Of a DNA stretch of 64,000 nt, positions 14,092 to 26,579 are shown one piece after another; the stretch's first letter is position 1; each line of letters begins with the position of its first letter. The notes beneath the pieces are model-generated. The model was not told the DNA's origin. It worked only from the letters and a program-made list of their open reading frames with translations, and ran no database searches. Source of the DNA: Eledone cirrhosa (taxonomy: Eukaryota); NCBI GenBank assembly GCA_964016885.1, contig OZ024747.1, positions 8,928,001 to 8,992,000 of the forward strand. Direction: 5' to 3'. The position numbers and the translations under genes are program-made.

Positions 14092-14468
14092 TTCTTATTT
14101 AGGCACAAGGCCAGCAATTATCCCAGTATGTGACTGGTACTTTATTTTATCAACCCTGTAAGGATGAAAGGCAAAGTTAACCTTGGCAGGATTTGAACTC
14201 AGACCATAAAGAGCCGTAACTCTTTGCTGCAAAGCATGGCGTCCGACTCTCTACTGATACTGCCAATCCACTGCTAATAATAATAATTGTTTCTACTTTT
14301 GGCACAAGGCCAGCAATTATCCCAGTGTATTACTGGTACTTTATTTTATCGACCCCTTAAGGATGAAAGGCAAAGTTAACCTCGGCGGGTTTTGAACTCA
14401 GTCCGTAAAGGGACGTAACTATGCTGCAAAGCATGGCGTCCGACCCTCTACCTATACTGCCAATCCAC
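14092..14468 (-). mobile_element. Two tandem SINE family A copies with (TAA)n tails
   Basis: Two consecutive ~185-bp copies (about 14092-14275 and 14284-14468) matching 4936-5122 and 63474-63662. Confidence 0.85.
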
Positions 14469-14489
14469 AATAATGATAAAATACACTAG

Positions 14490-14890
14490 GAAAAAGTCTT
14501 GGAGAATAACAAAACAACCATACTCTGGGATATTGCCAATCTATAGGCAAATGGATAAAAGATAATTGTTGAGGTATTATTATGAAGGATGCCCAGGAAA
14601 GGTAGTGCCTCCTAATCAAAGAAACAGTTTTAACAGATAACAGTATATCTCCCAAAGAAATGGAGAAATTATCCAAATATAAAGATCTGGACATAGAGAT
14701 AACCATAATGGAGGGATTGAAAACAGAAACAATCCCTATAATAATAATAATAATAATAATAGTATTAATAGATGCCATGGGATTGATGAAAAACAAAAGG
14801 CAAATACATAACCCAAACCCCAGAACTTACAAATATGCACAACATACAGAAAATAGTATTACCAGAGCAAATACAGAGGTAATTAATACA
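14490..14890 (+). mobile_element. Decayed restriction-like endonuclease region of an R4/Dong-type non-LTR retrotransposon
   Basis: Translation across frames: ILWD...IIMKDAQER*CLLIKETVLTDNSISPKEMEKLSKYKDLDIEITIMEGLKTETIPII...DAMGLMK, which fits the 'ILWD...PDII....C.LID......EK..KY.DL.IEI...W...T.T.P.VIGALG' pattern. Confidence 0.75.
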
Positions 14891-16262
14891 ACGCCCTAAT
14901 GACTCTGGCAATTCACCAGCTTGCACTATTGTACCTTAAGAAAAAGCATGACTTTGGCCTTGAATATTGAAACAAATTAAAGAATATTGGTAGAAGGCCT
15001 CTGTGCAAGTGTTGCAAAAAAAAAGACAACAGAGGTTGGTGAAAAACAGATTTAGCAAGAAATGGTGTAGGTTTAACAAGTTGAACTAAACAGAGATTGC
15101 AGTAGTAGTGATAGAAAAAACAGGAAGAGATGACAGCTTGATGTTGAGATAAAAGGTTGCAGATTATCAGTGCACGGCAGTTTTCTAATAAGGTTGATAG
15201 TATCTTTCTTATTAAGCATACAGTGCAGAATGTGTGTCTTTGTGTGCATGTGTACATGGTTGGTGCATTGCTTTAGAAGAATGAGTTGCACTCTGTGGTA
15301 GAGTATTCTTTAAAGGAAAAATAAAAGCCACTTGATGGAGAAATAATAGTTGATAATGAAGAAGAAGATAACAGTTTAAGACAGAGGCTTCCAAACTATG
15401 TGACATAGTGTAAGTCTGATAATCTCTAGGTGTGTTAAAAAATAAAGTCAAATCTACTAAAGTTTAAGAAATATTTGAGGTCTGACAACTCTACAGACAT
15501 CTAACTGGTAACATATGATATGATATTTAATTGTTTATTTATTAATTTCATATCACTAATAAAATTTAATTAATGTGTCACAGAAAAATAAAAAATTTTC
15601 AAGCATGGTTTAGGAAGTAGGTAAACAAATGCAGATTATTTTGTGTGAAGGGAGAACAAAGTCTAGAGATATTCAGTCTAGTATTGTTCAAAACACAACT
15701 CTTTGTTAAAACATTTCTTTTACCTTATTTCTAATGAAAGATGTTGCCCATGATTTTCAATTAATTTAGAAAATAATAATGAATTTAGAGTGATTTAACT
15801 AATTTTCTCATTATTTAGTTGGTATTTGAAACATAACTTAACAAAGGTTCTTACATAAAATTATGCTGGGAAATCTTTAGATAAATGTAAACACTTTAAG
15901 ACAACTAGTTTTGCATGCCAGACAGTTTGGGATCAAAAGGATTACAGAACTAAAATGAAATTATAAGTAGAAAAAAATTCTTTGGTATTATGGTGTCTCT
16001 TGAATCTTTTCTGTATCCCTGTAAACAATAAATTAACGACATAGGAATAAACTTTTGAAGAAACAGGTGCATGTCATTTCAGGTGGAAAATAAAATTCAA
16101 ATTTCAAAGTAAAAAAATAATAATAAATAAATAAACAACAGAAGCATAAAAAATAAAAACAATGAAAACAGGTTATCAATAACTGGTGATATCGAAGGTG
16201 CTGAGTAAATCCTGGAACATTTTGCAGTTTCTTCAATTTTTTACTGTCTTCAAAATTTTGAA

Positions 16263-16422
16263 TCTTCAAGACCTTGTAGTATCTTCAAGACTTTGTAGTA
16301 TCTTCAAGACTTTGTAGTATCTTCAAGACTTTGTAGTATCTTCAAGACTTTGTAGTATCTTCAAGACCTTGTAGTATCTTCAAGACTTTGTAGTATCTTC
16401 AAGACTTTGTAGTATCTTCAAG
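16263..16422. repeat. 19-bp minisatellite (TCTTCAAGACTTTGTAGTA), about 8.5 copies
   Basis: Directly visible near-perfect tandem units. Confidence 0.95.
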
Positions 16423-16919
16423 AGTTGAATAATAAAACATATATTCTCTCAATGAGACTGTAGTTGAACAAAAGACCATTGCAGTGAAATTATTTTCTAT
16501 AACAATATGTTCCAAGCCTTATATAAATAATACTAATGCATATATATATATGTGTGTATACACACACTCACACACATATTTATATTCACAGACACGCATA
16601 CATTTATAATCCTATATATATATATTTAATTAGAAAGTCAACAACACAATATATGATATTGTCTAGGGTCCTGAAACCTTTGGTAATGGATTAGTTATAT
16701 ATTGTGTTGTTCACTTTCTAATTGAATATGTATATATACACACACACATATAAATACATACATACATATATGTAAATACACACACAGACACATGCTTCTT
16801 TCAAAAAACAACAAAAATATATTACTTTTCCCTTAAGGCATAGATGAATATGTAAACAAATGGGGTTTATAGAAGAGAAGATTTGTTCAACCCACACCAC
16901 CATGAGCACAAAGGATATC

Positions 16920-16997
<78 letters not shown>

Positions 16998-17115
16998 TGA
17001 CGACTAGGTCACAAAAGTGATTGCTCTTCCACTCTGCACAATCTGGGAGATAGTTGTAATTGGACCATGAAACCTTAGACAGTGCTTTTTGTTCTGTGTA
17101 TGAACATAAATAATA

Positions 17116-17157
<42 letters not shown>

Positions 17158-17161
<4 letters not shown>

Positions 17162-17506
17162 CACATGAATCAAAGTTCTGTTCAAACCATTTATTAGCTT
17201 ACAATTGTTTCGTCCAAACCGAGGTTTGGAGTCTTCGGAGCAATTTTTCAATGATTGTTTACATACATGACCTCCTTTCCAACACAAGAGACATACAGAA
17301 ACATATGTATATATCGATGCACAGTGGGTTGACATCCATTATAATATTTTTGCATGGCAATTTAAATTCAAAAATTAAAATCATATTAAAACAAAATTAA
17401 AGTTAAAGTACAACATCGGCAGTTTACGAAGATAATGCAAGAGGATTTGGACGAAACAATTGTAAGCTAATAAATGGTTTGAACAGAACTTTGATTCATG
17501 TGATTT
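17158..17506. mobile_element. Penelope-like insertion with a 61-bp inverted duplication, adjacent to (TA)n
   Basis: 17158-17218 is the exact reverse complement of 17446-17506; the arm carries the 3' half of a hammerhead plus AATAAA. Confidence 0.65.
17197..17241 (-). ncRNA. Minimal type I hammerhead ribozyme motif (variant core)
   Basis: Minus strand: GCT-CCGAAGA-C TCCAAAC CTCG GTTTGGA C-GAAA-CAATTG-TA-AGC. 7-bp helix II, palindromic helix III CAATTG; the core has U4>C and a C-C closing mismatch. Confidence 0.6.
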
Positions 17507-17965
17507 CTATATAACTGCTCTGTAGAACAACTGATGTTATTACATTGAGCTATTTATCTTACTGGTAATAAGGTAGTAATAAATTACTGTCTTTCACTGT
17601 TTAGGGTTTAAAATATATATAACTATAAAAAGTTTTAGTATATACATAACCATAAATAGTATCCTTAATACTATATATATATATATATATATATATATGT
17701 AGCTCAGTGAACAACCAGATCGCTTTGGTGAAACATCTTAGCTATATATGAGTATATATCTTTGTGTCCAAATATTACTGTTACTACAGAGGCAACACAC
17801 TTATTGGTATCTGTGCAACGGGGATGAGATCCACCTTGAAGAGAGAGAGGGGGGGAAGAGCAGTCACAAAATAGGGTGTCGTTAATTTGTATGTATTTGT
17901 AAACTAGTTTGAATATATCTGTCTACATTAATGTTTATATATGTGTATATATATCTATATGTTTA

Positions 17966-17998
<33 letters not shown>

Positions 17999-18046
17999 TA
18001 TATTGTATGTGTGCATATGTGTAGTGTGTGCAAGGGAATGCATTTT

Positions 18047-18445
18047 TCAGTAGAAGCTCTTGTTACAAACCTGACACTGCGTATCTTTTTTATGAGTTTT
18101 CATATGCTTTCTTAAAATGCTTTCCTCATGGAAGCTTTGCTCACAGATTGGGCAACTATGCAAAACCTCCACAACACTGTGTGTCCTTATATGCTTGTTA
18201 AATGGTTCGTGTTGCAAGAAGCTCTTCCCACAGACTTTGCAATTTGGTGAAACATCTTCCATGTGGACTTTCCTATGACTTGTGAGTAGACTGGTTTGTG
18301 AGAAACTCTTTCCACAAACCTCACAAGTATGTGATGTTGCTGGTGGTGGCTCATTCTCTACAGGAGTTTCAGCTCTGCATTCATGGACAAAGCTTTTTCC
18401 ACAAACCAGACAGTTTGACCAAGACTCATCTACACAACGCCTCAT
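18047..18445 (-). CDS. C2H2 zinc-finger protein (three intact fingers plus two incomplete ones); possibly decaying
   Basis: CEVCGKSFSQTSLLTSHRKVH, CKVCGKSFLQHEPFNKHIRTH, CPICEQSFHEESILRKHMKTH; a degenerate CLVC finger upstream and a CQVC finger cut by TGA. A strong acceptor (tttctttttaatttcag) at 19285 could open this exon. Confidence 0.8.
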   Translation of the reverse strand: MRRCVDESWSNCLVCGKSFVHECRAETPVENEPPPATSHTCEVCGKSFSQTSLLTSHRKVHMEDVSPNCKVCGKSFLQHEPFNKHIRTHSVVEVLHSCPICEQSFHEESILRKHMKTHKKDTQCQVCNKSFY

Positions 18446-21113
18446 TTGTCCTCTACACTAAAACTTTGTTTAGTGGGTATAGTTAAACAAGGCAATGGGC
18501 TACAGTAAAAATCCAGTATTCACCAGGCTAAGCTCTGTCTGTTTTCTTACATATTTTATCAAGAATCATCTTTTCAAATAAAATCTTGACCTTTTAATAG
18601 CTTGATCACCTTTACGTATTTTTTTCTTTTTCTGATGACTTCTCATTAAAATTTCATTTTACAGAAATAAGTCAGACTCTAGAAATGATAGCAATATATG
18701 AATGATTTGTATATAATGTTTTGTTTTGTTTTAATAAGACACTGTATATAAAACAGGTGAAATGATCTACAGCTGAGACGTCCCAGACATGATGTGGCTT
18801 AGAGTTGAGATTGAGGGAAGTCAGCAGATTGAGGATGAAAGAAATTAAATGATGAAATAAATAATTATATTGAATAGCAGGATTAGAATTGAAATGACAA
18901 ACTAGAAATATAAACTATGACTGGAATCACTGTCAGATGGAATCCAATAAACTATTTCCAACACAGCAAAATATTTGGTTCACTGGAAGCAGACTTTGAA
19001 TCAGATCTTTCAAATGCTCCTCTTCTGCTCTGTAATAGGTTTTCATTCTGTGTAGATTGGTAGACACAATTATCTACTAGTTAAGCAAGTGGTTAATACT
19101 TAGTTTAAAAAATCGTGGCTGTGTATTACTGTAATTCCAAGGTGTATTACATTACCTTCTCATCTCAATAACCTCAGCTTTGGATGAATAACAGTTCAGA
19201 GAGCCACCAATGTTAAAGATATCTCATTTGTTAAGTTGGAAGTGCAGTAACTATGGTGTGTAAGTTTGTACTGTATATTGCACCCTGAAATTAAAAAGAA
19301 AATATTACCATTCTCACACATAGAAACAATTACTCATGCTCAAATATAGTTAGACAAGACCATAACAACACAATCAACATTATAAGCCAATATCCGTTCT
19401 ATTCTGGTCTTCTTCTCTTCTGTGATTATATAGTGTTTTTAAAGCCTGTCTCAAGCCTAGAGGCTCATCAAGCTGGAGCTGATTCTGGTTTCCTGAAGCA
19501 TTAAGTGACTAGAAGTAGAAACATTATCCTTGGATGGTTTACCAGTCTGTTATAAGTTTAGACACCCCCTGTCCCAGTTGCTGTTGCCACTGGTACTCAT
19601 TTTTGGCTAAGGGAACTGGATGTTTATATATATATACATATATATATTATATTGTGTGCATATGTAGTGTGTCTGTGTGTGTACACACACACGCATACAT
19701 GTCAATTCGTTGCACACACACACATACAAGCTGGATTATACATTATGTTAATCTAGAATGTTCAGTTTGACTTAATACTCGAGGGGTCAGTTTAGTCAGG
19801 GAGGGAAAGGTAACACCCATGATTTCTGATAGGGCCTCTGAGACATGTGGGGTGGGTAGGTAGTAAGAAATTCATCCTCAAACCGAAGACCTGTCCAGTA
19901 TGCACGCAATAGAGTGAATTCAGCTAAAGGCACTCTATGGGACAGGTGGTGGTGTTAAACCGGGGGCGACCGATTACGTCTACCTCCCAAAACAAGGGTA
20001 ACAGTCAAATCATATGCTGGATCCAGCTATATATTAATGACTTATGGCGGTTGCCAGGCAGCATCCACATAATTTAACACTTGCAAAGATAGTGTCATTA
20101 TGAAACAGACAGCGACTGGCAAGATCGATCACAACAACAACCGCGCTGACAATAACATTACGATGACGTAATAATATATATTATACTGACAAAAGTGTCA
20201 CTTACATTTCAGTAATAAGGGGTATTTCTTTTGAATGGGTTAAAAGCAGCATCCTGCAGGGTGAGGTATGATGGTGTAGAATTCGGCGTGCACCAGTAAT
20301 TACACCGTCAATATTTTTTTTAATTTTAAATTTAAACACATTTCATAAATGCCATGCTTTTATAAATGTTTTTTTTTTCTCTCTATCCTCTGTATTAGAC
20401 CGTTAAAATCATACCTAAAGGTAATAAGACAGAAGAATTGTATGTTATGTTGTGTGGGAGGGGAGTAAAGTAGAGAGACTGTTCTTACATACATTAAGAT
20501 AGACACTAATGTTTCACGTACCGATCAGGACGAAAAGCAGAATCTACTCCAGACAAGATTTGAAGAACGAGATAGCACCATAAAATCTGGTGTTCTATGG
20601 TTTCGTCTTCGTCCGTCTTCACAGCCACCTGCCGTAATTTATCACAGGTAACTGAATTACATAACAGTCATGAGGATAGATTTTAAATCTAAAAATACTA
20701 CATTTAATCACTTCCGAACGAAACCATCCTGCTTAGACAACACAGGAATATATAATAATAATAATAACAATGATGATAATAAAACACACACACAAAAAAA
20801 AAACATAAATAATTTAAAAAATAATATCCTTGCTTCATCCCAAACTGTCGAAAGCTTTATTTTTAAAAAATGAATGAATCTTTTTTTAATTATAAAGTCC
20901 CAAGTGAACGTTGAGTTATTTTACCGTTATTTCTACTAATTCTATAGTAAGGAATATAATACTTCGAAAATACGATTCAAATATAAAACAAAGCAAACTT
21001 AAACTATATCTGGTTCTCTGGGTCGATGATAAAACCTAAAAGAAAATAAATAAGGAAACAAATAAATAAATAAATAAACAAACAGGTCTAGACGAGTGAA
21101 ATTTGATACTTAC

Positions 21114-21260
21114 TCAGATAGTCAATCGAAAACAGCACTATGGTCGAAGTTATGTCCCTTGATGTAGTGTCTTTATTGATTATCTCCCTTGTATATATTG
21201 CCATACAGCGTTTTCATTCATTCATTCATTCACTTTTCCTCGCTTCCACTGGAATCATGG
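21114..21260 (-). other. Putative non-coding first exon of the zinc-finger gene
   Basis: Donor GA|GTAAGT at 21114/21113 in a locally CpG-enriched unique region upstream of the acceptor at 19285. Confidence 0.35.
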
Positions 21261-21534
21261 AATCAAATTTATCCGCTTTAAACGATCAAGACATAAGGTT
21301 AGACAAATTAATCTCTGGGAAGTGTCTCTATCAAATATTCATAGATATTTGCCGACTATTTTCTATTTTTAATTTCGTTTGCTCGCATTATTATTTTAGG
21401 TTTATATCAATGTTGTTTGTTCAGTGCTGTTATCAATCAGTTCAAACAAAAACAAAATACTTTACTTCATTACGAACACACATGAAAATAAAGCAAAAAG
21501 AAAATACTCGCCTAAAAAGTGATATATCCTTGAG

Positions 21535-21842
21535 ATCTACCACCAATGTATTGGACCCTCGTCGGTTCCGACGACGAGTGTACCAGTTGATTTGATCAAC
21601 GGAATAGCTTGCTCGTGAAATTAACGTACTGAGACACGTGTAATTCTCAGGGAGATTCAGTTTGAAAAGACCGGTCCCTTTAAATTACAGGGGCAACTCA
21701 TTTGTTTTGTTTTTTTTGCCAGTTACGTGGTTTGGAGCAACGTGAATAAATTATTTTGCTCAAGGCCACAACTCGTCGTACCAAAGGAAATCGAACTCAC
21801 AACTTTACAACCGTGAGTCAAATATAACAACCATACGCCCTC
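21535..21842 (-). mobile_element. CORE-type SINE family B, near full length
   Basis: tRNA-like head at the right end, CORE-like ggagcaacgtgaataa...ttgctcaagg block, body similar to 40040-40290. Confidence 0.75.
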
Positions 21843-22299
21843 ATGCCATTACTAATGTTACTTCTATTATTGGTGTTACTAGTACACTTACTATGCCCTC
21901 TCTACCCACAACCTTTATCCACCTTACATAATATTTACCAAAACATCACTCTTAAAGACTCATCATCATCGTCACCAACTATTCATCTGGCTGTTTACCA
22001 GGGCCTCCAAAAGTTTTGGAACAAGCCCCCCCCCCTACTGTGGGAGGGGGAGGGGCTTGGGTATCTACACCCAAGGGGTGATTTTTTTTAAAAGAGAGGT
22101 GCGTCGGATATTCTTAGGTCCCTCATTTAATTGGTTCACTAGTCTCATACTGGACCCTTATTGCCTCTCTGGTCCCTGATTGACTCCCATGTCCAAGACC
22201 AATGTACTGAATGAACCCTCCTAGAGGCCCACACGATCCACTCTGTTAGTTATTGCAATTGGGACGAAGTTGGTCAGCTACAAGGAATTCTCTCCAAGT

Positions 22300-22425
22300 T
22301 GGACTGGCTTCTCGTCAAACATATAGCAGTGGAAACTGTGGGTGTCCTAGGTCCCCAACCCAGCTCCATATTTACTGCAATTGGGACAGAATTGGCCACC
22401 CATAAAAATGAGTCCCAGGATAGTG
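22300..22425 (+). mobile_element. CRE-like non-LTR retrotransposon endonuclease fragment
   Basis: Translation HIAVETVGVLGPQPSSIFTAIGTELATHKNESQ resembles the CRE-clade 'P.AVETLG.LGP.A..F...IG..L....GE.R' motif. Confidence 0.55.
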
Positions 22426-24435
22426 ATACAGCCACTACAAATGATAGTTAGTTATGATATTAATAAGCTCTTGCTGGTCGAATAAACAACCCCAAACCAA
22501 CAGCAGTAAACTAGTAGGGGAGATGGAGCAATGGGTGACACTGTTAGCTCCCAAGAAAACTCCCACAAACCAGTGATGTAGCTTACAACAAAGCGAGTAA
22601 GAGCCACCTCTAAAAAAACCTAGTCTTCACAGGTTTGAGAAAAAGTATGAGATTGATGACAGACACAAAAAAGACCATCAAAAACTGCATTATATTCAGA
22701 AGAAATAGACATTCCTACTGTGTCGTCCTTTGAGAAATCATGGGAATAGTGCTTAGAGGTGTATACTTGTTTCGGAGACCTTGTAAAGGCTTACAACTGT
22801 ATTCCATGGGACCTGTTGTGGAAGGTTTTGCAGGATCGATGGACAGCTTCTTGATGCCCTGAAGTCTCCATACGAATGCCAGAGCATTTATGTTTAGATA
22901 AATGGTGTTGAAACCATTCAATGTGTCAGTCTCTGCCATGGGAGCATACTGTCACCTCTTCTGTTCATAATCCTCATGAACAGGATTGACAGGTGTAGCC
23001 AAGCTGGAAGTAGTATCAAGACTGGCAGGTGTAGGATCAGTCAGCTGAAGTTCAAGTACCTTGGGGCCACTTTCATGAGTGATGGAACACACAAGATTGC
23101 AGAAGCTGGTGCAGTAATGTACCAGCTTAAGCATTGAGTCAAAAGAAGGAATAAAACAAAAATACGTAACAACCTTTCATTGGTTGATTAATGCTGTTAT
23201 TGTTAGCCACCTGAAAAGACAAGTTCTGAGGTTGATATGACTAAAATCCATTTATGATGGTGCCCCAGAATGGCCACAGTCAAATGACTGAAACCAGTAA
23301 AAATGCATTTTATTATACTATACTAATATAGACTAACTTTATAAAAAATTACTCTAGCCTATATTTCTAAAGAAAACAGGCATCAGTGTATGTAGATATG
23401 GAACAGTCATTATAAATGTATTGCATAAAACAGAGTAGATAATGAAACATCATCATCGTCATCATCATTTAACGTCCATTTTCTCATTTGGGTAATTTAC
23501 AAAGCATTGGGGAAATTTGAAATGTTTTCTTTTTGGGGGCAAAGTTGCCCAAATACACATAACTGTAAATAATAGTAGACAAAGTCAAGTAAAGTACTCC
23601 TGGAAATAGAAAAAAGTGGACAAAAACGCCAGCAAGAACCTAACCATACATCTGTCATATGCCAAACAACTATGTTTAACTATTACACCATAGCACACCT
23701 GGCTACCAATTACTATCTTTTTGAAACATTATTATTTGTTAAGCTAGAAGTATAAACAACATTGGCGAAATTTAAACCCCAACAACGACAAAAACACAGG
23801 AAAGATTTGCAAAAAGATTGTCTTTATATACACAAATAGATCTGTACAATATTAGTTTGATATCAGCAGAAAAAATTAGTGAATTTGAACCTGAACATAC
23901 TACCATTGTTATTGTTATTTGTAGGTCAACGTCATGTAGTAAATAAGTAAATATCCTTTTGAAATATAGTCTCAATGAAGATAAAAATAGTTTTTTAAAA
24001 ACTTTCTGGTTGACAGAATTCAGTGATGAAAGAGAAAAAAAACAAAACAAACAAAAAACAACAAAAACACATACACAAATAAATTAAATGTTGTCATGAA
24101 AAGAATGATAATTAAAATTCTACTCTTCAATAACTCCATCTCCACCAATCATCACCTCCAGCACACCTAAATAGACTTAAACAAGGATTATGAAGTAACA
24201 GAGAAGGCCAGTTATAGGTTTGCTATATTATCTATGTGATTAGACAGGTGTAAACACCTTGTCTATATATAAAATAGTGAAATTGACTTGACTGCTTTCA
24301 ATTCTGTGTTGGGATTTCCATAAGGGACTGAGTAATCTCCGATGAAATCTAAACATAGGATCAAATTTGTCTGTCTGGGTGATATTTCTTCTTTTGTCAT
24401 TCAAAGAAAAAAAAACATTGTATATAAAGGTTTCT

Positions 24436-24843
24436 GATTTAGGCACAAGGCCAACAATTTTGGAGGAGAAAGTTGATTAAATCGACCCCAGTGCATTACT
24501 GGTACTTTATTTTATCAACCCTGTAAGGATGAAAGGCAAAGCTAACCTCTGTGGGATTTGAACTCAGAACCTAACTATATGTCACAAAGCATGTTGTCCA
24601 ACACGCTACCGATTACAACCAATCCACCAGCCTAACTTTATAAATAGTTTCTAACAGAGGTCTGCAATTTTGGGGGAATGGAAAGTCAGTTAAATCAATT
24701 CCAGTATTTAACTGGTACTTTATTCTATCAAACCCAGAGGGATGAAAGGCAAAGGTGACTTCGGCAGAATTTGAACACAGAACATAAAGAGCAGGAACCA
24801 ACACCACAAAGCATTTGTCCAACACTCTAACGACTCTGCCATA
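24436..24843 (-). mobile_element. Two tandem SINE family A copies
   Basis: Both carry ctggtactttatt...ggatgaaaggcaaag...atttgaac and tRNA-like heads. Confidence 0.85.
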
Positions 24844-26579
24844 TTGGTATATAAGACTAGATATTTACACCTGTCTATACATACAGTGTTTATTAAACAA
24901 TATCTATGTTTAAAATAAAATGGTGCCTGAATGTGATAATTCTGTAAGAAAGAGCTTCACAGTATTTATTTGGCAAATGGAAAGTTCTATAGAACATCCA
25001 GAATAAACTTTAAAAAATATATTACATCCATTTTAACCCTTTTAGCACAATGGCCTTTTTGATTACATAGCGAAGCACACTCAAAGTTAATTGTCAAAAT
25101 TAATAGAAGAGCATTGAATTTTTAGGGATAAATCATTAATATAGTATTTGGGCTATGTTATGGAGTCTGGCAGTGCTATATGGGTTAATGCTTGCGTAGA
25201 TGGGATGATATATATTTTTCTGGAACAATTCTTTATTTTTACAGCTGGATGACCTTTCCTACTGTTAATTACTCAACCATGAAGTAAGACTGGAGCTTGT
25301 AATTTTGGTTTGACTAAACTGGAACAAGTAGAGTCAGATGCCCTTGCAAATGGATGCAAATTACAACGAATGAATGTTAGGTGACCCCCAAAAGTCCTCA
25401 TTGTAATAAAGTCAATTACCCTGTAGCAGTTTTGGTTCACTGGAGGAACACTGAAAACGTTTATGCTGTTTTCAGGTAGTAATTCAAAAGAAGAATACAA
25501 CTAGAATGGTCAACTGCAGCTTCCTATACATTTCTGGAAGGATTTCTGTGCAGTATTGTAAGCACAAAAAAACAATTATTAATAGTTTTACTGTTCTACT
25601 GGCTGTTTACATAGGTGAATGATACCTCCTCTTCCTTATGGGCCAATGAGAGTTAACTTCTCTGTTTACATAGGTGATAACATTCAACTATTGTAACTTT
25701 GCCACCACCACCGCCCACACGTCTATATGTAACTATTAAAAAAATAATAATAACTGTTACTACATACACAACTGTGTAAGCTGCGTCAAAGCCAAAGCCA
25801 TTGACTAACCAAGAAAGTAATTAGATATAAGGTGAAATAGATTGACAAGAGAGAGGATGGTGTAGAATAACAATGATTTTTATGGTGGGTCTGTAATACT
25901 GAGGTCTGTGGTAGATATGAGATTCTTGGCAATTTTTCCCTTAACCCTTTTGTCACTGCATTTCAATTAATTAATGAAAAGTTTGAAAGGATTTACTAAA
26001 GTTATTAACTATTTCATTATTAAGATGTTATTTGCAACATAACTTAACATATGGCTCTTATATCAAATTACATAGGAGTATTTTCATTTAGGTAGGAATT
26101 CTTTAAAATAGGTAGTTTTATCTCATAGAAAACAAAGGCAGTTTGGGGACAGGATGGTATCAAAAAGGTTAAATGAGTCATGTTTTAAAAGATTCTTGCA
26201 TGTCCATGTGTGTGGAGAGTTGCTTGTAAGTATTTTGATGGAATACATGTATTTATGTATAACCAGGTAAATTTGTCTATATGTAAAATAGCTGGTGTGT
26301 GTGTGTTAGAGAGATAGATTTGTGTTAGTGTGTGGATTTATATATGAAAGAAATAAAAAGAGAGAAAAACAGGAGCAAAGGAAGAAAGACATGATTGATT
26401 TTTTCTTCTTCTGATGGAGAAAATAAAGAGGACTTAAGGGAAGGGAGAGAGAAAAGCAAAGGTTGAAGGATTGGAATGTTGGAAAAGAAAATGGAAGGAT
26501 AAAAATTAAAATGAGTCAATATTGGTCCCAGTTTTAGGAATGGCTGCTTCTTTTCATAAAGAGAAACAAGGAAGGAAGG

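Noticed and set aside
17699-17745. Hammerhead-like layout (agc...ccaga/ttggt-GAAAC...TA-gct) next to (TA)n
   Set aside because: The CTGANGA core is not intact (CAGTGAA); a remnant at best.
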